A stretch of DNA of 30,705 bases from a bacterium (GCA_043801585.1 JAZDLX010000151.1:1-30705); one strand, 5' to 3'; numbered from the stretch's first letter, positions 7,141-17,336 are shown. Numbers and translations are program-made. The notes: generated from the letters alone by a model not told the origin.

Positions 7141-8463
7141 ATGCCAGATTTTCGTTTTGACGGTATAACTGCGAGCGGCAAGCCGGTTCATGGAATCCTG
7201 CAGGCGGACAAACTGCAGGAAGCGAAGCAGAAGGCCGAGAAACTCGCAGCAGCGAAGAAATTTCAGCTCCAGCACGTGCTGCCTCGGCGAGCCTTTGTCT
7301 ATCGTGCCCAAAAGGGAACGGAAAAACCGGTCAAGGGCGAGCAGAAGGCTTTCACCAAAGAGGAGGTGCAGGGAGCTCTCGAGAGGCTGGGGTACAAGGT
7401 TTTGCGCGTAAGTTCGAAGTTGTTCGAATTGAAACTGGGTGTGCCGCTGGCGGAAGTGGTTACGTTCGTCCGAGTGTCTGCGGACCTGCTGCGTGAAAAG
7501 CTTCCCTTCAATGAAGTTCTGCAGCTGCTTCAGAACGACATCTCCAACACGACCCTGCGCGAGGCGGTCAAGGAAATCATCAACGATCTTCAAGCCGGCA
7601 AGGACAGCGAAGAGGCCTTCGTCCGACAGGAAAAAGCTCTCGGAAAATTCTCCGCCAGGATGTTGGGATTGGCATCGAAATCTGGCAACATGGTGGATAT
7701 CTATGAATCCACCGCTGCCTTCCTCGAGCGCCAGGCGGAATTCAAGAAGAGCATCAAGAGCGCACTTGTGATGCCGTTGTTCACTCTCGCAATTCTGATG
7801 GGGGCGGTCGTCTTTTACGTCGCCTACATCTTCCCGCAGACAGCGGAGCTGTTTGTCAAGATGGGCATCGAACTGCCACCGATGACATCCGCGACGTTGA
7901 AAGCGAGCTATTGGCTGATCGACAACATGGTTTACATCGGAATCTTCTTCGTTGCGCTGGCAGTTGGCCTCACCTGGGCGTTTCGACAGGAGCGGGTCCA
8001 GTTCTACAAAGACAAGTACATGTTCAGCATGCCGGTGATGGGGACACTGATCCACAAGACCACGATCGAAATTTTCTGCCGGGTCTTCTATGCTCTGTAC
8101 AGCGGCGCCGGTGAATCAATTGACGCGATCAAACTGTCCGCCGAGGCCTGCGGCAACAAGTACATGGAGTTTCAGATTAAAACCGTGGCGATCCCGATGA
8201 TGCTTTCACGGGGGAGCGGTCTGGTCGAAGCATTTGAGGCGACAGGTGTCTTTACAAAGACGGCGCTGAATCGTTTCCACAGTGGAGCTGAAACAGGTAC
8301 TGTGAAGAAAACCGCGCTCCAGATCGCGAACTATTACGAGAAAGAGACAGTCTACAAGCTGAAAAATATAGTCGAGTTCATTCAGATTATCGTGGCAATG
8401 ATCATCATGGTGGTGATGACCGGATTGACCATCGTTTCGTCCGAAACGGCGACGATAATGTAA
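7141..8463 (+). CDS. pilC: Type IV pilus inner-membrane platform protein (PilC/GspF family)
   Basis: Two GspF-type cytoplasmic domains (DLQAGKDSEEAF; GSGLVEAFEATGVF...GAETG...IANYYEKE) and three TM segments. AGGA SD. Confidence 0.92.
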   Translation: MPDFRFDGITASGKPVHGILQADKLQEAKQKAEKLAAAKKFQLQHVLPRRAFVYRAQKGTEKPVKGEQKAFTKEEVQGALERLGYKVLRVSSKLFELKLGVPLAEVVTFVRVSADLLREKLPFNEVLQLLQNDISNTTLREAVKEIINDLQAGKDSEEAFVRQEKALGKFSARMLGLASKSGNMVDIYESTAAFLERQAEFKKSIKSALVMPLFTLAILMGAVVFYVAYIFPQTAELFVKMGIELPPMTSATLKASYWLIDNMVYIGIFFVALAVGLTWAFRQERVQFYKDKYMFSMPVMGTLIHKTTIEIFCRVFYALYSGAGESIDAIKLSAEACGNKYMEFQIKTVAIPMMLSRGSGLVEAFEATGVFTKTALNRFHSGAETGTVKKTALQIANYYEKETVYKLKNIVEFIQIIVAMIIMVVMTGLTIVSSETATIM

Positions 8464-8761
8464 ATTGCAGCCGGTGGAAGACTTTGGACATCAGTCCCAG
8501 GTATCATTCAGGGAGTGCGCGGAAAGGTGATGACTCATTTTTCATTCTTTCGGAAACCCCTGTTTGAAGACTTGAGCGACCCTCCGGGAGGGAGCTGGAT
8601 CACCGCTTTGATTCGTTTCAGTGCTCATGTTTTGGTGCTCCGAACGGTCAAATGGAAAAGCTGAAAATAGAGCCGAGAGGGAGTCTGCTGAGGCGTTTGA
8701 TGTATGTGACCCGTACTTTATTATATCAGGGATGAAACCGACTTCAACGGGAAGGCAATTC

Positions 8762-10603
8762 GTGGCGGATAAGGCTGAAAAGGATATTCAAGGGCAAAGC
8801 CCTGGTTCTCAGGTGAAGGACAAACTCGGCCTGAAGTTGATCAGCCAGGGATTCGTCGAAGCTGATGTCATCGAGAAGGCTCTGCGCAAACGCGAAGAAG
8901 AGAACGCTGGAACGGTATCACGCCGCTCGAAACGTTCACTGGCGCAGATCCTCGTTGAAGATTTTAATGTCGATCATGATCTGGTTTTCTCGGCGATGTC
9001 CCAGGTTTACGGTTTCCATGAAGTCCAGATAGGCAGCGAAGACACAAATGAATACCGTATCGAGTTCATGAAGAAAATGTTCGATCCGGTGTCCCCGTCC
9101 ACCCGCGAGTACATGATCCAGAAAAAGATCCTCGCCTATCGCTATGACCCGGACCGACCTTACCGCCTGATCCTGATCGCCGCTGATCCGACTGACCGGA
9201 TGATTCCGGCGATTGCACGCTCGATGAATGTGCAGTCCTATGACATCTGCTACGTCAAATACTCCGATATGGAAATGTTGATGGAGAAGGTCTTCCCGCC
9301 CGAGAACAAATTCCTGAAAGATCTGGAAGAGGGCGAAATCAGCGTCGAGGCGGTGGAGGATGAAGAGGAGGGATTTGACGAAGCGCTCATCGAGGCGGAA
9401 ATCAACAAGAGCATGCTGGTCAATCTCGTTGAGGGCATGCTCATCGAAGCGGTACGCATGGGCGCCAGTGATATTCACGTAGTTCCTGTGAATGCGACGA
9501 CCACGGATGTCACGTTTCGCATCGACGGCATGCTGCGCCCATGGCACACCCAGGAGGGCATCCGGCCGGAAGCAATCAGCGCGGTGATCAAGGACCGCAG
9601 CAAGAACATCGACCGGTTCGAGCGGGAGATGAGCCAGGATGGTTTCATTCAGCGAAAAATCGACGGTCACCATATCCGCTACCGTGTCTCCGTTATCCCC
9701 ATCGTCGGGCGTGAATTCCAATACAAGTTTGAATCGATCGTCATTCGAATCCTCGACGACCGCAAGGTCATCACCGATCTTGACAAACTCGGTCTGCAGG
9801 GTGGTGCACGCCAGGCGTTCCTGAAGGCAATCCATCAGCCGCAGGGGATGATTATCGTCACCGGTCCCACGGGATCCGGCAAATCCACGACATTGATCGC
9901 GGCGCTGAGCTACGTTGTCAATCCCGAGATCAATGTGCTCACTGTCGAAGACCCCGTCGAATACATTATCCCCAACGTGCGCCAATTGAAAATCAGCCAC
10001 AAGATGGCGTTCGAGCAGGCGTTGCGCGGTATCCTTCGTCACGACCCCGACGTGGTGATGCTCGGCGAGATTCGCGACAAAGAGACGGGCGAAACCGCGA
10101 TCAAGATGGCGAATACCGGCCACCTGACCTTCTCGACTCTCCATACGAACGACGCCCCTTCCGCGGTCAGCCGTCTCTTCAAAATGGGCATCGAGACCTT
10201 CCTCATTGCCTATGCGATCAACATCATTATTGCCCAGCGGCTGGTCCGTACGCTGTGCAAAGAGTGCAAAATACCGATCGACGAAGAAGATAAATCGATT
10301 GGCCTGCAGTTGGGCTTCACACAGGAAGAGCTGGACACCATCCCGATTTTCAAGCCCAATCATGAGGGATGCGACAAGTGTCACGGAGGGTACAAGGGTC
10401 GCGCGGGAATCCACGAGGCGCTTTATTTCACCAAAGAAATTCGCAAACTGATCTTTGAAGCGAAATCGGATATTAATGAAGATGCGATTCGCCAGAAAGC
10501 CATTGAACAGGGGATGCTCCCCCTGCAGGCCGCGGCGAGGGAAAGGGTGAAGGAAGGGATCACTTCCTTTGAAGAAGTCGCCCGTGTAACCTCGGAAGAT
10601 TGA
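8762..10603 (+). CDS. pilB: Type IV pilus assembly ATPase (PilB/GspE)
   Basis: ASDIH, Walker A GPTGSGKST, TVEDPVE, LRHDPDVVMLGEIRD, GHLTFSTLHTN, and the CKEC...CDKC zinc site. GTG 8762 with GGAAGG SD is preferred over the ORF-track start at 8621. Confidence 0.95.
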   Translation: MADKAEKDIQGQSPGSQVKDKLGLKLISQGFVEADVIEKALRKREEENAGTVSRRSKRSLAQILVEDFNVDHDLVFSAMSQVYGFHEVQIGSEDTNEYRIEFMKKMFDPVSPSTREYMIQKKILAYRYDPDRPYRLILIAADPTDRMIPAIARSMNVQSYDICYVKYSDMEMLMEKVFPPENKFLKDLEEGEISVEAVEDEEEGFDEALIEAEINKSMLVNLVEGMLIEAVRMGASDIHVVPVNATTTDVTFRIDGMLRPWHTQEGIRPEAISAVIKDRSKNIDRFEREMSQDGFIQRKIDGHHIRYRVSVIPIVGREFQYKFESIVIRILDDRKVITDLDKLGLQGGARQAFLKAIHQPQGMIIVTGPTGSGKSTTLIAALSYVVNPEINVLTVEDPVEYIIPNVRQLKISHKMAFEQALRGILRHDPDVVMLGEIRDKETGETAIKMANTGHLTFSTLHTNDAPSAVSRLFKMGIETFLIAYAINIIIAQRLVRTLCKECKIPIDEEDKSIGLQLGFTQEELDTIPIFKPNHEGCDKCHGGYKGRAGIHEALYFTKEIRKLIFEAKSDINEDAIRQKAIEQGMLPLQAAARERVKEGITSFEEVARVTSED

Positions 10604-10715
10604 TCATTTTACAGGCCGGTGCGCGCGGAGCAGGACTCAGGTTAGCCGCAGCAACGGTTTTTTTACGTCGTGCAGGTAAGCAGAGAGCGACTTTGTGTCG
10701 CTCCGGGAGATATTG

Positions 10716-11252
10716 ATGAACACTGGGCAAATGCTTCTTACGCTGGGTGCGTTGATGCTGATCTCCCTGGTAATCCTCAATTTCAACCGGAACCTTGCGG
10801 ACATCGATGATTCTCTGAATTACGACCGGTTCAGGCTCGAAGCGCTCTCCCTACTCACCTCTCACATCGAAGAAGTTTCCGAATACTTCTTCGACGAAGT
10901 CTCGACCGACACCTCGACAGAAAAAAGCCTGAATAATTTTACTACACCCAATTCCCTTGGCTATGATGCCGATGATGGCGGGGTCGTGGACGACATCGAT
11001 GATTTTAACGGCCAGGTGATCCCGGACACAGGCAGAAGCGGCGCAATTTACAATCTTCAGTACACGGTCCAGTACGTCAAGGTCGTTTCAAATCAGATAC
11101 AGACATCGGCAACTCGTGAATACAACAAACGGGTGACTATCAAGATCTGGGACGCATTCGATCCACCTTTGATCGGCCGCATGGTCAACGGGGTTGTCGT
11201 CAACGACACGCTGCAACTTTCGACTGTGATCAGCTACTGGTTCTTCAACTAA
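10716..11252 (+). CDS. Minor pilin-like protein (PilV-like position)
   Basis: MNTGQMLLTLGALMLISLVILNF N-terminal TM, DDIDDFNG motif, KRVTIKIW C-terminal strand; GGGAG SD before ATG 10716. Confidence 0.7.
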   Translation: MNTGQMLLTLGALMLISLVILNFNRNLADIDDSLNYDRFRLEALSLLTSHIEEVSEYFFDEVSTDTSTEKSLNNFTTPNSLGYDADDGGVVDDIDDFNGQVIPDTGRSGAIYNLQYTVQYVKVVSNQIQTSATREYNKRVTIKIWDAFDPPLIGRMVNGVVVNDTLQLSTVISYWFFN

Positions 11253-11259
11253 GGAATCA

Positions 11260-11928
11260 ATGCAAAGCCTCATCGACATAATGGGCGCCATGTTCATCGG
11301 CGGAATTCTCATCCTGGTGGCGATGACCGCTCTGGATAGTGGACTCCAGGCATTTGTCAACAACAACGCGGATGCCATCGTCCAGAACGAACTGGCCGAC
11401 CTCTCTCGCACCATGCAGTTCGATCTTAGAAAAATGGGGTATAGCATTCCGGAAGCTCAGAGCACTTCCATTTTGCAGATCGCTCTGACCAACAGGCTGA
11501 AATTCCTCACCAACCTGAATCTTTCCGAACCTTACAACGGGACCGGCGGGATCGACTCGACCCCGGATACGATTGAGTACCGGGTCACTCCCTTTCAGAC
11601 CTACAACTTCATCGATACATCCATTGTCCTCTATGGACTCTATCGGACCGTGAAAGTCGTGGGCCATGCGACGGAAACCCTCCAGGTGGGAACAATTACC
11701 AATACAGACGTTTTTCGGTATCTCGATCAGGCGGGGAATCCTGTGGTGTACATCCCTGCAACGAAGATGGTCGAGGTAACGTTCGTTTCACTCAATCCGG
11801 AAATCTACCTGAACAGAGAAGTCCTGCTTGCCAGCAGCCCGCAGGAACGGATGACGGAACTGCGGAAACTGGTGCGTGAAAGTTTCTGGCGCCAGACTCG
11901 AGTCGTCTCGAAGAACCTTCGCAGGTAG
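11260..11928 (+). CDS. Minor pilin-like protein (PilW-like)
   Basis: MQSLIDIMGAMFIGGILILVAM N-terminal helix; MQFDLRKMGY resembles the PilW/GspJ 'DLRxAG' segment; FRYLDQAGN near the C-terminus. Confidence 0.7.
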   Translation: MQSLIDIMGAMFIGGILILVAMTALDSGLQAFVNNNADAIVQNELADLSRTMQFDLRKMGYSIPEAQSTSILQIALTNRLKFLTNLNLSEPYNGTGGIDSTPDTIEYRVTPFQTYNFIDTSIVLYGLYRTVKVVGHATETLQVGTITNTDVFRYLDQAGNPVVYIPATKMVEVTFVSLNPEIYLNREVLLASSPQERMTELRKLVRESFWRQTRVVSKNLRR

Positions 11929-11941
11929 CGGGAGGTAATCC

Positions 11942-13210
11942 ATGTTCGGCAAGGGCGCTTTGATTTATGTGGCCGGTTTTTCACTGGTATTTGCCATTTA
12001 CACGGCCCGTCTCTCTGACCTGACCACACGTGTTTCCGATAATTTCAACAAGTATTTCGTCGAGAACTTGGTCCACGAGGCGGCACAAACAGCGATGAAC
12101 TTTGCGGTCAACAAAGTCTGGGATACCGAGGCAACTTCAGATTCATTCTATATTTACGATAGCGCTTGCACGACCTATGTAAGCATCAGCGAACCCAATC
12201 TGGACACCATTCTTGTTCGCGTGAACACTCGCAGCAGGGTTTTCGATCCCGAATACTACGTCTCACAGGGCAAGACGATGCCCGTTGAGGATTCGATTTT
12301 CGCGTATTTCAGCTATAACATCCCCGCGTCACGTTATTTCTGGTTTACCAACACCGAAAATGGCGTGTACTGGATCAGTGGGGACACCGTGTGGGGGCCG
12401 ATTCACAGCAATGGGGTTCTCAAAACCAATGGAAACCCGGTTTTTTATGGAAAAGCCACGGCGAAAACAGGTATCAATCCAAGTCCGACCTCACACGGAA
12501 GTGATGCGCACTTTTACGGTGGGTATGAAATCGGCGTGAATGTCAGTCTGCCCACGGACATGAGCCCGATGGTCTCTGCGGCGCTTATCGCCAACGGGGG
12601 TACTCCCGGCTCTGGCGGGGCAGATTGGAACGCCAAAAGCATGTACAACAAGGAGGTCTGGTTTGAATTTCTGAATAACGGGGATGTCATCCGAACCATT
12701 CCATCCATCGGAGTTCTCGATACAGTTACTCTTTCGGACATCACATCCACAGGAGTGATCCAATGCACTCAGGATGTGCATGTGAAGGGGGTTTTGAACG
12801 GTCAGATTTCAATCCATACCGATCAGACCATTTACATTGAAGATGATATTGTCTATGCGGACAACCCACTGGTCAATCCGAATTCGGACGACATCCTTGG
12901 GCTTGTTGCCGACGAAGATGTGCTGATTGCGGACAACCCGTCAAATTGGAGCGATGTGACGATTCAAGCGACAATCATGGTGCCGGATGGCGCCTTCGGA
13001 GCGGATAATTACAGCACACGCCCGGTTTCCGGCGCAATCTATCTGACCGGGAGCGTCGTTCAGGACAGCCGTGGCCCAGTGGGGACGTTCTCGCATTCGA
13101 TCACACATGGTTTCAGCAAACGATACTATTACGACCCAAGGTTACAAAGTTTTGCGGCTCCGTATTATCCAACCATTCGGGAACTTCACCTCGTCTCCTG
13201 GTGGGAGTGA
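11942..13210 (+). CDS. PilX-like minor pilin with large C-terminal domain
   Basis: MFGKGALIYV start like the PilX 'G-xAL' pattern, AAQTAMNFA helix, GPIHSNG, and GFSKRYYYDPRL tail. GGAGG SD. Confidence 0.65.
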   Translation: MFGKGALIYVAGFSLVFAIYTARLSDLTTRVSDNFNKYFVENLVHEAAQTAMNFAVNKVWDTEATSDSFYIYDSACTTYVSISEPNLDTILVRVNTRSRVFDPEYYVSQGKTMPVEDSIFAYFSYNIPASRYFWFTNTENGVYWISGDTVWGPIHSNGVLKTNGNPVFYGKATAKTGINPSPTSHGSDAHFYGGYEIGVNVSLPTDMSPMVSAALIANGGTPGSGGADWNAKSMYNKEVWFEFLNNGDVIRTIPSIGVLDTVTLSDITSTGVIQCTQDVHVKGVLNGQISIHTDQTIYIEDDIVYADNPLVNPNSDDILGLVADEDVLIADNPSNWSDVTIQATIMVPDGAFGADNYSTRPVSGAIYLTGSVVQDSRGPVGTFSHSITHGFSKRYYYDPRLQSFAAPYYPTIRELHLVSWWE

Positions 13211-13398
13211 TTATTTCTCCCGTGCCACGTTCAACGTCTCTGCCCCCAAGACTCCACGGGAGCTTGCTGACGGCGAATCTGCCGGAAACTCGTCCCTCGT
13301 GAGCATCCTGCAGGCAAAAGATTTATCTTCAATGGGTTGCGTTCGCAGGATCGAACGCAGGCTACAATCAACATTCACCGACGGCTTGAGGGTTTGCC

Positions 13399-14634
13399 AT
13401 GGAACCGAACCAGGTACAACAGGTCAAGCAAAAGGTGCAAAGTCTCGCTGACCGCATCCCACGCACCCTTGCAAGTGTCGAGCGGCAACAATACATCGGC
13501 CGCGAGCTGCTGAAAAAGGTATCGGAACAGGACCGTCTGATAATGCGCGATTTCATCGACGCCGCCCTGCGGCAGATGCGCGTCAAGGATGCCTCCGATA
13601 TCGACATGGGGGGGTATGGATCAGGTGGCAAGATCTGGCTGCGCGTTCAGGGCATCAAGAAACCCGTGGAAGCGTGGGGAACATTTTCGACGGACGAGAC
13701 GGACGTTCTGATCCAGAACCTGATCATGGAGAGTCAGCAGGAACATCTGTATGAGAATAAAAACCTCGACTTCTCCTACATTTTTCGTGAAAATGAGATA
13801 TATGTCCGCAACCGCGCCGACGCCTACTTTGACATGGACAGCCTCGCGTTGAACATGCGCGCGATCAACACGAAAATCCGGTCCTACGAAGGGTTCGGAT
13901 TTCACCCCAACGTGACCAAAAGCCTCGCCCTGGCACACACGAAAGAGGGTTTGATCCTGGTCACGGGAATTACCGGCTCCGGCAAGAGCAGCACCCTCGA
14001 TGCGATCGTTGACATGAACAACCAGACGATCGAAGCGCACATTGTGATCATCGCCAGCCCGGTTGAATTTGTACACTCGTCGAAAAAATGCATCATTCGC
14101 CACCGGGAAGTCGGCAGGGACACACAGAGCTTCAAGCACGGCACCATTGAGGCGTTGCGCCAGGACCCGGATATCATCATCATTGGCGAAATGCGCGATC
14201 CGCAGACCATCCTCGCGGGACTGGAGGTGGCGGACTCCGGCCACAAAGTCCTTAGCACTCTGCATACGTCGTCCGCCATTGAATCCATCGACCGCATCAT
14301 CGGTGAAATCCCTCCTGAAGAGCAGGAACGTGTACGGAACCGTCTGGCCGATGTTCTCCGCTGCGTGATCAGCCAGAAACTGATTCCTTCGCTGGATGGC
14401 AAACGGGTGCTCGCCAAGGAGATCATGATCATGACTCCGAGCATCCGTGCAGCGATCAAGAACAACAACACCAGCGAAATCTACCAGATGATCAACGAGG
14501 GCGTGAAGTTTGGCATGAGCACGATGGAGCAGGATCTCAAGCAGCTTATCATCGATAAGAATATTTCGAAAGAGACGGCAATGAGTTTCGCCAACAACAA
14601 GCGAATGATGCAGCAACTTCTCCAGGGTCTCTAA
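13399..14634 (+). CDS. pilT: Pilus retraction ATPase (PilT/PilU family)
   Basis: GITGSGKSST, HREVGRDTQSF, ALRQDPDIIIIGEMRD, GHKVLSTLHT, SQKLIP and GMSTMEQDL. Confidence 0.92.
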   Translation: MEPNQVQQVKQKVQSLADRIPRTLASVERQQYIGRELLKKVSEQDRLIMRDFIDAALRQMRVKDASDIDMGGYGSGGKIWLRVQGIKKPVEAWGTFSTDETDVLIQNLIMESQQEHLYENKNLDFSYIFRENEIYVRNRADAYFDMDSLALNMRAINTKIRSYEGFGFHPNVTKSLALAHTKEGLILVTGITGSGKSSTLDAIVDMNNQTIEAHIVIIASPVEFVHSSKKCIIRHREVGRDTQSFKHGTIEALRQDPDIIIIGEMRDPQTILAGLEVADSGHKVLSTLHTSSAIESIDRIIGEIPPEEQERVRNRLADVLRCVISQKLIPSLDGKRVLAKEIMIMTPSIRAAIKNNNTSEIYQMINEGVKFGMSTMEQDLKQLIIDKNISKETAMSFANNKRMMQQLLQGL

Positions 14635-14651
14635 GCTGAGCGAGTGAATCG

Positions 14652-16433
14652 ATGGCGAATGCCAGAAAAAACAAAGTCAGAAAGGCCTCGGCGTCCAGCA
14701 AACAGGTTGCCGTTGGGATCAGTGTCGAAGGGCGCTTTATCCAGATGGTCAAGGTGGCGAAAATTCAGAACTCTTACCAGATTCTGGATGCCCGGCTGTT
14801 TGAACTGGATGAGACCTTGGACATGCAGGAAAGTCCGGCGGAAGGTCTTGAGGAATTAGGCGTTGAGGTCGAATCCACAGTTACTGAAGATGCCGCCAAC
14901 AGCGATTCAATCGAGATTTCGGAAGAAACCGGAGAAGTGGATCTCGATCTCGAAGTCCTGACCGCCGATGACCAGGAGGAGGGTGCGAAGGATGACGCCG
15001 GCCGTTTCGTTGAATTGTTGCAGGCAGCCTCCAACAACAACGCTCGAGTCGGTATCAGCCTGACCGAACCTCAGATTTTCTACAACACCTTTGATACGGA
15101 TTGGGGACTGAAAAGTACCAAACTGAAAAAACGTATCAAGGCTGAACTGGTTGAGATCAACGAAGACTATAGCAACCTGCGAGACGATGCATTGAGCATC
15201 ATAAAGGTCAGTGAGGAACGGCCGATGGTGCTCGTACGGGAGGGTCCGGTCTCGCTGATCGAGAAACTCGAGGAGGTCAAGGGATTTGTCACCGGCAGGC
15301 TGCCGTTCATCTCGTTCGTGGAAAGCCTTGAAATATCACTCGCGAATCTGGTCAGGCATCGTTACGATTTGGCGGATGATGCTGTGACAGCGGTTGTCTA
15401 CGTAGGCGAGGAATCAAGCCGGTTCATCTTCATGCGTGGACATCACCTTCACCACATTGCTCCGGTGATCGCGGATGGCGCCAATTCGCCCAACATCGGA
15501 TCCACCCTTTCCAGCAGGTTCCTGTTTGAGCTTGACACTCTCGACCTTCCGGGAGTGGACACAATCGTTCTCGCCGGATTCGCCCACGTCCTCAAAGTCG
15601 AGGAGTCTCTGAAAGATCTGGCGACGGGTGAAATCCATATCGAAGCTGTGAACCTTGATGGTTTTGATCTCACCAAACTGAAACCCAACCGGCTGATGGA
15701 CAACTTGGATCGTCTGCGCCAGCTCAGGGCAAAGGATGACACCCAATCGATGCCGGATTTCGCTTACGATTCGTTTGTACAGGAGGAGACTCCCGCGGGC
15801 GTTCTGGCGGAGGACGCCGAACAGGATCTGACGCTTTACGCCGGTGCGATCGGTGTGGCGCTGCGAATCCTTGACCGCGAACGGGATCTTCATTACGAAG
15901 TCGATCTGACTCCCCTGCGTGTGAAGGAAGGACAAAACCGGTTTGGAATGACCTTTCCTGGCTGGATTCTGCTCGGATTGATTCCCCTCGTAGCCGGGGT
16001 TACCTATCTGGTGGGAGCAAAATACGAACGTCAGGTGGAGCAGTTGAAGGCGGAACTGGGACCGAAGCAGGAACAGATGGTGCTTTTCAACGCCTTGACT
16101 GATTCCATCCGAATGGCTGAAGATAAGCTGATCAAGTATGAACGGTCCTTCTCGGTGATTGATTCCCTCGTCGTCGGGACGAAAACCTGGAGCAATTTCC
16201 TTACCCATGTAGTGAACGTGGCCGACGATGTGGGGGGATTCTGGTTTACGGACATGAACCCTACAGAAGGTGGAAAGAAGGTGAATCTGGTCGGGTATTC
16301 CCTTTACCGAAACCGGATTCCACGTTTTATTGAAGCGCTCGGCGGTGCGACCTTGAAGCGTGTGGAAGTGCAGGAAATTCGTGAAAAGCGCGTTTACAAG
16401 TTCGAGATTGAAGCTCTGGTGCCGAGAAAGTAG
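14652..16433 (+). CDS. PilM-PilN fusion-like alignment protein
   Basis: Actin-fold-like N-part (VAVGISVEG, AVVYVGEESSRF, IVLAGFA, AIGVALR), then VDLTP, a TM helix, a coiled coil and a PilN-like domain (FWFTDM...LVGYS...YKFEIE). Confidence 0.75.
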   Translation: MANARKNKVRKASASSKQVAVGISVEGRFIQMVKVAKIQNSYQILDARLFELDETLDMQESPAEGLEELGVEVESTVTEDAANSDSIEISEETGEVDLDLEVLTADDQEEGAKDDAGRFVELLQAASNNNARVGISLTEPQIFYNTFDTDWGLKSTKLKKRIKAELVEINEDYSNLRDDALSIIKVSEERPMVLVREGPVSLIEKLEEVKGFVTGRLPFISFVESLEISLANLVRHRYDLADDAVTAVVYVGEESSRFIFMRGHHLHHIAPVIADGANSPNIGSTLSSRFLFELDTLDLPGVDTIVLAGFAHVLKVEESLKDLATGEIHIEAVNLDGFDLTKLKPNRLMDNLDRLRQLRAKDDTQSMPDFAYDSFVQEETPAGVLAEDAEQDLTLYAGAIGVALRILDRERDLHYEVDLTPLRVKEGQNRFGMTFPGWILLGLIPLVAGVTYLVGAKYERQVEQLKAELGPKQEQMVLFNALTDSIRMAEDKLIKYERSFSVIDSLVVGTKTWSNFLTHVVNVADDVGGFWFTDMNPTEGGKKVNLVGYSLYRNRIPRFIEALGGATLKRVEVQEIREKRVYKFEIEALVPRK

Positions 16434-16442
16434 GGGACAGCG

Positions 16443-17336
16443 ATGTCGTTTAAACTGCGAAATACGCTGATTCTATTGTTCACGGCGATGGTGGTCATCG
16501 CCATCACGGTATGGCGTCTGCTGTTTTTCTTCCCGGACAAGATCGAAAGTCTCCGCAGTCAATTGAAACAGGTTGAAGAATCGGTCGTCCAGATCCCCGG
16601 CCTCAAGGCGTCTTTGCAAAAAACGCGCGAATTGATTTACACCCGTGAGGAAGTACTCTCATCGTTGGATAAAACCGTGGAAGTGGACGTCACGATGGCT
16701 GATGCGTTCGCCTATCTCGATCAGATTCAGGATCGTTACGGAGCGATTAATTTTACTCTTACTTACAACGGGCAGAAGGAAAGCAAAGGGTTCGGTTCAC
16801 GCAGTTTTACTCTTTCCGGAGAGAGTGTATATGGCACGATCTTCAGCCTCGTCTGGGCGCTTGAACGGGGACCGAACCTGTTCGTGATTGATGGGCTCAA
16901 CATGCGGGGTGTGGAGGCATCACCGCAGCAGGTCGATGGCGCTTCGCTGGTCATCCCGTTTGAAATGAAAGTGCAGGCGTTGTACGCGAACGTGACGGGT
17001 TTGCCGCCGATCAAACGTACCCTCGCGGATGTCAGGGTTCCTCGGCGTCGCAACCTGTTTTACCCTCTCATTTCAAAGAACCTGCCACCCAACACGCGTG
17101 GTCTGGTCGAGGTTGAACGGGCGGAATTGCGCGCTATTCTTCCCAATCGGGCAATTGTTGCGGACCACACCGGAAAAGTTCGTATCCTCTCGGAAGGGGA
17201 TGAAGTGTACCTTGGATATCTGACAAAAGTCGATCTGGCGGACAATTTTGCTGAGTTTACGTTGAATAAAGGTGGCATCGTGGAACGCTTCCGGCTGAAA
17301 CTGCTGTTTACGTCGGAGGAAGGGGAGTCGAGATGA
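16443..17336 (+). CDS. PilO-like protein with PilP-like C-terminal domain
   Basis: N-terminal TM, coiled coil, PilO-like SGESVYGTIFSLVWALE, then RRNLF and ELRAIL...AIVADHTGKVRILSEGDEVYLGYLTKV (PilP-like). Position between pilMN and the secretin. Confidence 0.7.
   Translation: MSFKLRNTLILLFTAMVVIAITVWRLLFFFPDKIESLRSQLKQVEESVVQIPGLKASLQKTRELIYTREEVLSSLDKTVEVDVTMADAFAYLDQIQDRYGAINFTLTYNGQKESKGFGSRSFTLSGESVYGTIFSLVWALERGPNLFVIDGLNMRGVEASPQQVDGASLVIPFEMKVQALYANVTGLPPIKRTLADVRVPRRRNLFYPLISKNLPPNTRGLVEVERAELRAILPNRAIVADHTGKVRILSEGDEVYLGYLTKVDLADNFAEFTLNKGGIVERFRLKLLFTSEEGESR

Noticed and set aside
7129..14616. Long minus-strand ORFs opposite pilC, pilB and pilT
   Set aside because: Antisense shadows without motifs.
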